A stretch of DNA of 64,000 nucleotides from Pseudonocardiaceae bacterium. GTDB taxonomy: Bacteria > Actinomycetota > Actinomycetes > Mycobacteriales > Pseudonocardiaceae. Positions 57,525 through 64,000 of this stretch are shown piece by piece. A program made the position numbers and the translations under genes. The DNA lies in assembly GCA_035714625.1 (NCBI GenBank), contig DASTLT010000169.1:3856-67855 (forward strand), written 5' to 3'. Below the pieces are notes generated by a model that was not told the DNA's origin, made no database searches, and saw only the letters and a list, made by a program, of their open reading frames with translations. Position 1 is the first letter of the stretch. The number at the start of each line of letters is the position of its first letter.

Positions 57525-58274
57525 CTACCCGACGGCGCAGGCGACAAGCACCACGGTGGTCGCCAGCTCGCTGGCCGCGCCCAGCACGTCCCCGGTGACC
57601 CCGCCGAAACGCCGCCGGGTGTGCGCGGACAGCGCCGCCACCACCAGGGCGGCCAGGCCGACCGCGAGCATCCCCTGCCAGGCCCGCCCGGGCACCGCCC
57701 ACAGCCCGCAGGCCAACAGGGCCAGCGTCCAGGCCACCGGGACGGCGGTGGGCTGGCTACCTGCCACCAGGGCACCCAAGCCCTCGGCGCGGGCCGGGGG
57801 CACGCCGGTTCGGGCGCACCAGCCGAAGGCGACCCGCCCGGCGGTCACCGCCAGCCCCACGGCGAGCAGCCGGCCGGTCTCGGCCAGCGTCGCCAGCGCC
57901 GCCACCTGAGCCGTGAGCACCAGCACCAGGGCCACCACCGCGAACGGCCCAGCCGCCCCGTCCCGCATCACCATCAGCGCCTGCTGCGGCCCGCCGTAAC
58001 AACCCAGCCCGTCAGCGGTGTCGGCCAGCCCATCCAGGTGCATCCCCCTGGTGAGCCCGGCCAACATCGCCACCACGGCCAGCCCGGACAGCAGCGGGGG
58101 AGTGCCCAGCGCGGACCACCCGGCCAGCGCCCCGAGGGCCAGCAGACCCAGCCCGACGCCGACTACCGGAGCCCAGTGCAACGCCCGGCCGGCCAGGGCC
58201 CGATCCACCTGGACGGGGGCCCGCGCCGGCAGCACGGTCAGCCAGGACACCGCCAGCGCGAGCCCGCGGCTCAC
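57525..58274 (-). CDS. cobS: adenosylcobinamide-GDP ribazoletransferase
   Basis: 249-aa polytopic membrane protein. [11 protein letters not shown] and [10 protein letters not shown] motifs. 4-nt overlap with cobT. Confidence 0.85.
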   Translation of the reverse strand: MSRGLALAVSWLTVLPARAPVQVDRALAGRALHWAPVVGVGLGLLALGALAGWSALGTPPLLSGLAVVAMLAGLTRGMHLDGLADTADGLGCYGGPQQALMVMRDGAAGPFAVVALVLVLTAQVAALATLAETGRLLAVGLAVTAGRVAFGWCARTGVPPARAEGLGALVAGSQPTAVPVAWTLALLACGLWAVPGRAWQGMLAVGLAALVVAALSAHTRRRFGGVTGDVLGAASELATTVVLVACAVG

Positions 58275-59404
58275 CGCGCGGGCACCGGCTCACCCGCGGG
58301 TCCGGAGACACCAGCGTCACCGAAGGTGGCCATCTCGGCGAGCACCCGGGCAGCCATCTGCAGCAACGGCAGCGCGGCCACGGCCCCGGATCCTTCTCCG
58401 AGACGCATCCCCAGGTCCAGCACCGGTTCCAGTTCCAGGTGTTCCAGCACCAAGGCGTGCGCCGGCTCCACCGAGCGGTGCCCGGCCACCCACCAGGCCC
58501 GAGCGCCCGGAGCGAACTCCTCGGCGAGCATCGCCGCTGCCCCGACCACCACGCCGTCGAGGACCACCGGGGTGCGCCGGACGGCGGCCTGCGCCAGGAA
58601 CCCAGCCATCGCCGCGAAGTCAGCCCCCCCTGCAGTGCGCAGCAACGCGACCGGATCGTCGACGACCGGGCGGGCGCGGCGCAACGCGTCACGGATCGCC
58701 GCCGTCTTGCGCATCCAGCCCGCGTCATCGATGCCGCTGCCCCGGCCCACCACCGCCACCGGTTCCGCCCCGGTCAGCGCCGCGACCAGCACGGCGGCCG
58801 GGGTGGTGTTGCCGATGCCCATGTCGCCGACGATGAGCAGATCCGCGCCGCGGTCAACCTCTTCGTCGGCGATCGCCACGCCGGCCGCCAGCGCCTGCGC
58901 CACCTCCTGCTGGGTCAGCGCATCCTCGCGGTCGATCACACCGCTGCTGCGACGGATCTTGTGCCGGGTGACCAACGGCGGTATCTCCGGTCCGGCGACA
59001 CCCGCGGGGTCCACGGCCCAGTCCACCGCCAGATCCACCACCCGCACTGCGGCCCCGGCCGCTGCGGCGAGCACGTTCACCGCCGCCCCGCTGGCCAGGA
59101 AGTTGCCCACCATCTGGCGGGTGACCTCGCTCGGGTAGGCGGAGACCCCGCGCGCAGTGATCCCATGGTCTCCGGCGAACACCACCACCTGGGGCCGGGC
59201 GAACGGGCGCGGTGGGCAGGTCCCCTGGCATGCAGCGACCCACACGCCCAGCTCCTCCAGCCGGCCCAGCGCGCCCACCGGCTTGGTGAGCTGCTCGTGC
59301 CGGGCCACCGCCTCCCGATGGGCCTGCTGGTCGGGCGGAGTGACCGGGGGGAACTCCACGACGCTCCTCGGGTACTGGGTGCTTGCCGGGCTGGCTGCGT
59401 CCAT
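58271..59404 (-). CDS. cobT: nicotinate-nucleotide--dimethylbenzimidazole phosphoribosyltransferase
   Basis: Start moved to ATG 59404 (MDAASPAS...). [35 protein letters not shown]. Confidence 0.88.
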   Translation of the reverse strand: MDAASPASTQYPRSVVEFPPVTPPDQQAHREAVARHEQLTKPVGALGRLEELGVWVAACQGTCPPRPFARPQVVVFAGDHGITARGVSAYPSEVTRQMVGNFLASGAAVNVLAAAAGAAVRVVDLAVDWAVDPAGVAGPEIPPLVTRHKIRRSSGVIDREDALTQQEVAQALAAGVAIADEEVDRGADLLIVGDMGIGNTTPAAVLVAALTGAEPVAVVGRGSGIDDAGWMRKTAAIRDALRRARPVVDDPVALLRTAGGADFAAMAGFLAQAAVRRTPVVLDGVVVGAAAMLAEEFAPGARAWWVAGHRSVEPAHALVLEHLELEPVLDLGMRLGEGSGAVAALPLLQMAARVLAEMATFGDAGVSGPAGEPVPAR

Positions 59405-59438
59405 CCTGCCTGGTCCGATGCCATCCTGCCGGGACGGC

Positions 59439-59963
59439 TCACCGCAGCCGCAGCGGCAGCCCCGCCACCAGCAGCAGCACCTGCTCGCACACTGCGGCCA
59501 GAGCGGCGTTGAGCGCGCCCAGCTCGTCGCGGAACAGCCGCCCGGCGCAGGTGGTGGGTACCACACCCAGTCCTACCTCTGCGCTGACCAGCACCAGCCG
59601 GGCCGGACAGGACACCACCGCAGCCACCAGCTCAGCACAGCGGACCCGGCAGGCCGCAACAGCGTCACCGCCTCCTGCCCAGGCCCCGGCGTCGTCCAGC
59701 TCACCGGCCAACCAGGTCGCCACGTCGTCGACCAGCACCGGAACCGGGCCGGCGGCCCGCAGTGCCGCGGGCAGATCGCATGGCTCGACGGTCCGCCAGC
59801 CCGGCGGCCTGCGGGCGATGTGCGCCGCGATCCGCGCCTCCCAGTCGGCGTCCCCGGGCACCCGCCGGGCGGTCGCCAGGTAGTCCACCCGCACCGCGCC
59901 GAGCAGACCCTCCGCATACCCGGACTTACCCGAGCGCGCCCCGCCGAGCACCAGCGTCCGCAC
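59439..59963 (-). CDS. cobU: bifunctional adenosylcobinamide kinase / adenosylcobinamide-phosphate guanylyltransferase
   Basis: 174 aa with the P-loop [15 protein letters not shown]. Confidence 0.85.
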   Translation of the reverse strand: MRTLVLGGARSGKSGYAEGLLGAVRVDYLATARRVPGDADWEARIAAHIARRPPGWRTVEPCDLPAALRAAGPVPVLVDDVATWLAGELDDAGAWAGGGDAVAACRVRCAELVAAVVSCPARLVLVSAEVGLGVVPTTCAGRLFRDELGALNAALAAVCEQVLLLVAGLPLRLR

Positions 59964-60043
59964 CTGACCTCCCGCCGCCTGGCTGACCCGCTGACGCTAC
60001 CGTCAGGAGCCGACCTCGACGACGGCGGCAGACGGAGCACTCG

Positions 60044-60247
60044 ATGGCCTTGCGGTGGCGCTACGAGAACCCGGACCGGGACGAGGTGACCGGCCCGCAG
60101 CTCACCTTCGAAGACCAGGCCGACGCCGAGGAGTGGCTCGGCCGGGAGTGGCGGAACCTGCTCGACGGTGGGGTGGCTGCGGTCACCCTGCTCGATGGCG
60201 CGGAGGAGGTCTACGGCCCGATGAGCCTGCACCCGACGGATGGCTAG
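60044..60247 (+). CDS. small acidic hypothetical protein
   Basis: 67-aa ORF with good codon usage (MALRWRYENPDRDEVTGPQLTFEDQADAEEWLGREWRNLLDGG...). No motif recognised. Confidence 0.45.
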   Translation: MALRWRYENPDRDEVTGPQLTFEDQADAEEWLGREWRNLLDGGVAAVTLLDGAEEVYGPMSLHPTDG

Positions 60248-60249
60248 CC

Positions 60250-60283
60250 GACCGGGGTGACTGGGGGACCGGGGTGACTAGGG
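60250..60283. repeat. 17-bp tandem duplication (GACCGGGGTGACTGGGG / GACCGGGGTGACTAGGG) at the 3-prime end of the DUF3043 gene
   Basis: Copies at 60250-60266 and 60267-60283. The second holds the real stop (CTA 60278-60280); the first reads CTG at the same position. A degenerate third copy follows inside the CDS. Confidence 0.8.
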
Positions 60284-60916
60284 GACCAGGTCGCCGCGAC
60301 GCACCCGCGGTTTGGGCATCCGCAGCCTGCGCAGTTGGGTTGCCCTGGTCAGCGCGTAAAATCCCAGGCCGAGCGCGGACATCGAGGCGTCGGGAAACCG
60401 TTCGCGGACCTGCCGGTGGATGCTCCGGCCGAGCAGCACCCCCTCGGCGAGCATGGTCAGCAACATCGCCATCGACAGCAGCGACACGTACTGCTGGATC
60501 ACTGGGGACGGCACCAGGATCACCAGGACCACCAGCAGCGCCAGCGGCATGAACAGCCCGGCGACGTTGCGCCGGGAGTCCACCAGGTCCCGCACGTAGG
60601 CCTTCACCGGGCCGCGATCCCGGGGCAGCAGGTACTTCTCGTCCCCAGCCATCATCCGCTCGCGGCGCACCGCAGCCGCCTGCCGCCGCTCATCCTTGGA
60701 CCCCCGCATCCGGCGCAGCGCCTCACGCTGGGTCTTCGGTGGGGAGGGCGCGGGGCCCCGCTTGCGGGCCTCGGCTTCCCGGCGGCTGGGCGTCGGCCTG
60801 CCCTTACCGGGGGTTCGGGAGCGGTGCGGGGAATCCTGGGGAGGCGCCGAGTCGGCCGCCTGCTCCAGCGCGGAGTCAGCGGCTCCGGGGCCGGGCTTGC
60901 CGCGCAGGAACCTCAC
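60278..60916 (-). CDS. DUF3043 domain-containing membrane protein (Rv2206-like)
   Basis: Start moved to GTG 60916. 212 aa. Basic N-terminus (TPGKGRPTPSRREAEARKRG), conserved YLLPRDRGPVKAYVRDLVDSRRN and two TM helices. The 562-aa ORF-track version is an antisense extension over the glycerate kinase gene. Confidence 0.7.
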   Translation of the reverse strand: MRFLRGKPGPGAADSALEQAADSAPPQDSPHRSRTPGKGRPTPSRREAEARKRGPAPSPPKTQREALRRMRGSKDERRQAAAVRRERMMAGDEKYLLPRDRGPVKAYVRDLVDSRRNVAGLFMPLALLVVLVILVPSPVIQQYVSLLSMAMLLTMLAEGVLLGRSIHRQVRERFPDASMSALGLGFYALTRATQLRRLRMPKPRVRRGDLVP

Positions 60917-60962
60917 GGCGACCAGCCTAGGACAACCGAATGGGGGCGTAGCGTCGGCGGGC

Positions 60963-62078
60963 GTGCGCGTGCTGATCGCCCCGGACTGTTTCGGCGGGAC
61001 CCTGACCGCGGTGCAAGCGGCCGAGGCCATCGGCAGGGGCTGGCAGCGCGCAGCTCCCGGCGATGAGCTGGTGCTGCGCCCGCTGGCCGACGGTGGTCCT
61101 GGTTTTGTGGCAGTGCTGCACGCCGCGCTGGGCGGGACCGTGCACACCAGCCAGGTCACCGGTCCGGTGGGTGAGCCGGTGTTGGCGCACTGGTTGGACC
61201 ACGAGCGGACCGGATATGTGGAAAGCGCCCAGGCCTGTGGCCTGCACCTGGTGCCACCGGAGCGCCGGGACGCCCGCACCGCGACCAGCCGCGGGGTGGG
61301 GGAGTTGCTCGCCGAGGTACGTGCCGGCGGGCTGCAGAAGGCCGTGGTGGGCCTGGGTGGCTCGGCCAGCTCGGATGGAGGAGCGGGTGCGTTAGCCGCG
61401 CTCGGTGCGGTGGCGGTGGACGCCGAGGGCCAGCCGCTGCCGGACGGGGGTGCCGCGTTGGTCCGGTGCGCGCGGCTGGCCGGGCGGGCCGAGCTGGCCG
61501 GCCTCCGGCTGGTCGCCGCTGCCGACGTCACCAACCCGTTGCTGGGCCCCCACGGTGCGGCCCACGTGTTCGGCCCGCAGAAGGGCGCCGGGCCGGACCA
61601 GGTGCACGAGCTGGAGGTGGCGCTGGCCCGTTGGGCCGACGTGCTGGAGGCGGCCACCGGGCGGGCGGTCCGAGAGGTGCCCGCCGCTGGTGCGGCCGGT
61701 GGCCTCGGGGCGGCGCTGCTCGCGCTGGGTGCCGAGCGGATCTCCGGCGCCCAGTTGATCGCCGCCTGCACCGGGCTGGACACCGCGCTGGACGCGGCTG
61801 AGCTGGTGGTCACCGGTGAGGGCAGCTTCGACTGGCAGTCGCTGCGCGGCAAGCTGATCACCGCCCTCGCCGAGGGCGCCGCCGGGCGCGGGCTGGCCTG
61901 CATCGTGCTGGCCGGGCAGGTGTCGGTCGGTCGGCGGGAAGCGGCCGCAGTCGGGGTGGCCGCCATGTACGCGGCCGCCGAGCTGGCCGGCTCGGTGGCG
62001 GCCGCACTCGCCGACCCGGTGGGGACCCTGGAAGCAGTCGCTGAGCAAGCCGCTCGCCAGTGGGGTGGCGGCCGGTGA
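60963..62078 (+). CDS. glxK: glycerate kinase
   Basis: Start moved to GTG 60963 (VRVLIAPDCFGGTLTAVQAAEAI). 371 aa. VVTGEGSFDWQSLRGK motif. Confidence 0.85.
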   Translation: MRVLIAPDCFGGTLTAVQAAEAIGRGWQRAAPGDELVLRPLADGGPGFVAVLHAALGGTVHTSQVTGPVGEPVLAHWLDHERTGYVESAQACGLHLVPPERRDARTATSRGVGELLAEVRAGGLQKAVVGLGGSASSDGGAGALAALGAVAVDAEGQPLPDGGAALVRCARLAGRAELAGLRLVAAADVTNPLLGPHGAAHVFGPQKGAGPDQVHELEVALARWADVLEAATGRAVREVPAAGAAGGLGAALLALGAERISGAQLIAACTGLDTALDAAELVVTGEGSFDWQSLRGKLITALAEGAAGRGLACIVLAGQVSVGRREAAAVGVAAMYAAAELAGSVAAALADPVGTLEAVAEQAARQWGGGR

Positions 62079-62229
62079 GGAGGCTACGGGGGGGGCGTCC
62101 ACTGACGCGGGTCCGACATCGAGATTTCTCGTGTGTCACTATGGACCTACGGGAATCACCCGTCGGTCGCGGGTGTTGCCCTGGTGCAACGTGGTCATCC
62201 GTGCCGAGCGCAGATCCCCAGGGAGAGTC

Positions 62230-62592
62230 ATGACTGTCGAGAACATCGCCGACACCGAGGTGCCGACGCACGGTGTTGAGCTGACCGAGGCGGCTGCCGC
62301 CAAGGCGAAGGCGCTGCTCGAACAAGAAGGCCGATCCGATATGCACCTGCGCATCGCGGTGCAGCCGGGTGGCTGCGCGGGCCTGCGCTACCAGCTTTTC
62401 TTCGATGAGCGCACGCTCGACGGTGATGCGAAGCGGGACTTCAACGGCCTCGCGGTGGTGGTGGACCGGATGAGCGGCCCCTACCTGCAGGGGGCCGTGA
62501 TCGATTTCGTGGACACCATCGAGAAGCAGGGCTTCACCATCGATAACCCCAACGCTGGTGGCTCCTGCGCCTGTGGGGACTCGTTCAACTAG
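62230..62592 (+). CDS. erpA: iron-sulfur cluster insertion protein (HesB/IscA/ErpA family)
   Basis: Start moved to ATG 62230 (SD GGGAGAG). 120 aa. C-terminal CxC motif GSCACGDSF. Confidence 0.85.
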   Translation: MTVENIADTEVPTHGVELTEAAAAKAKALLEQEGRSDMHLRIAVQPGGCAGLRYQLFFDERTLDGDAKRDFNGLAVVVDRMSGPYLQGAVIDFVDTIEKQGFTIDNPNAGGSCACGDSFN

Positions 62593-62608
62593 GGTCCTCT
62601 TCAACTAG
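62580..62608. repeat. duplicated erpA 3-prime end including the stop: CTCGTTCAACTAG ... CTC-TTCAACTAG
   Basis: Copies at 62580-62592 (true end, TAG 62590-62592) and 62597-62608. Confidence 0.8.
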
Positions 62609-62634
62609 CTTCGTGGGCTGCGACTCCCGCGCGC

Positions 62635-62668
62635 CTCTAGAGCTGGACGGGCCCTAGAGCTGGACGGG
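62635..62668. repeat. 17-bp tandem duplication of the asnB 3-prime end including the stop (CTAGAGCTGGACGGG x 2)
   Basis: Identical 15-mers at 62637-62651 and 62654-62668. The second is the real asnB terminus (P V Q L stop on the minus strand). Confidence 0.85.
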
Positions 62669-64000
62669 ATAGTGCGGTTCTGGGACCTTCGGGGCGATCC
62701 GCTGCTCCACGAAGATGCCGTGCCAGAGCATGAACACGAGCACCGCCCAGATCCGCCGGCTGTGGTCCAGCGGGCCTGTGCGGTGCTCGTCGAGCATCCC
62801 GCGCACCATCTCCAGGTCGAGTAACTGCCCGGTACCGGACTCCTCGATGATGCTGCGCGCCCAGTCGTACAGATCTTCCCGTAGCCAGTGCCGGATCGGC
62901 ACCGGGAAGCCCAGCTTGCGGCGGTTCAACACGTGCCGGGGCACGATGTCGCGCAGCGCCCGGCGCAGGGCGTGCTTGGTGGTCTCCCGGGTGACCTTCT
63001 CCTCGAGCGGGATGGTGGCGGCCACCCGGAACACCTCGGGATCCAGGAACGGAACCCGCAGCTCCAGCGAGTTCGCCATGGTCATCTTGTCCGCCTTGAC
63101 CAGGATGTCGCCGCGCAGCCAGGTGAACAGGTCGACGTGCTGCATCCGGGTCACCGGATCCCAGCCGGCCGAGGCGGCATAGGCCGCTGCGGTGAGGTCG
63201 GCGTGCGAGACGGTGGGATCGTACTCGCGGAGCACTGCACGCAGTTGGTCGTCGCGGAAGATACGGGCATTGCCGTAGTAGCGCTGTTCCAGCGGCAGTG
63301 CGCCCCGGCGTAGCAGGTCCTTGCCCCGAACCCCGTCCGGGATGCGGGCCGAGATCCGGCCCAGCAGGCGGCGCAGCCCACCGGGAACCCGCTCGAACGC
63401 GGCCAGTGACAGGGGTTCCCGGTAGATCGTGTAACCGCCGAAGAGCTCGTCGGCGCCCTCCCCGGAGAGCACCACCTTGACGTGTTCCCTGGCCTCCCGG
63501 GCGATGAACCACAATGGCACGAGGGCGGGGTCGGCCACCGGGTCGTCGAGATACCAGACGATGAGTGGCAGCGCCTCGGCCAGTTCGGCGGCCGAGACGG
63601 TACGGATCACATGACGGACCCCGATCGCGGCTGCCGACTCCGCGGCCACGTCCACCTCGGAGTAACCTGCCCGCTCGAATCCGGTGGTAAAGGTGATCAG
63701 ATCCGGGTTGTGCTCCCTGGCCAGCGCGGCGATGGCGGTGGAGTCGATTCCGCCGGACAAGAAGGCGCCGACGGTGACGTCAGCCCGCATGTGCTTCGCC
63801 ACCGAGTCCCGCATGACCGCGGTGATCTGGTCATGCAGGGCCCGCGATTCGGCCCCGGAGCGGACCGGGACCGGCTGGAAATCCGGGTGGAAGTAACGCT
63901 CGGTGTGCAGCTTGCCACCGGGGTGCACGGTGAAGGAGGTGCCGGACTCGATACGGGTGATCCCGGTGTGCAGGGAGGCAGGTTCAGGCACGTATTGCAA
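62654..64000 (-). CDS. asnB: asparagine synthase (glutamine-hydrolysing), C-terminal ~448 codons; the N-terminus lies beyond the window
   Basis: PP-loop FLSGGIDSTAIAALA, GEGADELFGGY, LRVPFLD. The ORF is open to the window edge. Confidence 0.88.
   Translation of the reverse strand: MQYVPEPASLHTGITRIESGTSFTVHPGGKLHTERYFHPDFQPVPVRSGAESRALHDQITAVMRDSVAKHMRADVTVGAFLSGGIDSTAIAALAREHNPDLITFTTGFERAGYSEVDVAAESAAAIGVRHVIRTVSAAELAEALPLIVWYLDDPVADPALVPLWFIAREAREHVKVVLSGEGADELFGGYTIYREPLSLAAFERVPGGLRRLLGRISARIPDGVRGKDLLRRGALPLEQRYYGNARIFRDDQLRAVLREYDPTVSHADLTAAAYAASAGWDPVTRMQHVDLFTWLRGDILVKADKMTMANSLELRVPFLDPEVFRVAATIPLEEKVTRETTKHALRRALRDIVPRHVLNRRKLGFPVPIRHWLREDLYDWARSIIEESGTGQLLDLEMVRGMLDEHRTGPLDHSRRIWAVLVFMLWHGIFVEQRIAPKVPEPHYPVQL

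Noticed and set aside
60278-61966. 562-aa minus-strand ORF
   Set aside because: Only the last 212 codons (from GTG 60916) match the DUF3043 architecture. The rest is antisense to the glycerate kinase gene.

Overview
This is a high-GC actinobacterial chromosome segment. As I recall it, the gene order parallels the Mycobacterium tuberculosis Rv2201-Rv2225 core block: asnB, erpA-like, glycerate kinase, cobU/T/S, ilvE, gcvT, pepA, lpdA+sucB(dlaT), lipB/lipA, glnA, glnE, glnA2, panB. The left end (1-6433) is the distal part of an actinobacterial type-IV-secretion-like conjugation module (VirB4-like ATPase, polytopic membrane protein, NlpC/P60 wall hydrolase). The main finding is a roughly 15-kb insertion, visibly lower in GC, between the convergent glnE and glnA genes (22850-37786). 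It carries an intact class I FxLD-type lanthipeptide gene cluster with five parts: a PIMT-like O-methyltransferase (26814-28040); a 56-codon precursor gene absent from the ORF track (28105-28275, FDLD leader box, 4-Cys core preceded by Asp-Asp-Gly); LanB (28294-31446); LanC (31443-32690); and an extra stand-alone LanB-C-terminal (elimination / thiopeptide-type) domain protein (32712-33602). The cluster is flanked by a Prim-Pol-like gene, two XRE-type regulators (one frameshifted), a relic 3-prime fragment of a second methyltransferase, a helical-repeat protein, a WD40 fragment and a triply frameshifted DUF89 pseudogene. Four other signals stand out: a canonical GlnR box upstream of glnA; recurrent 16-30 bp tandem micro-duplications spanning stop codons or gene junctions; a 22-bp-periodic GTGTCGG repeat placed exactly 7 nt after two unrelated stop codons; and an out-of-synteny, lower-GC serS with a 320-nt leader. 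I recognised no rRNA, tRNA, CRISPR array, transposase or integrase. All family assignments come from motif and architecture recognition by eye; no database search was possible.
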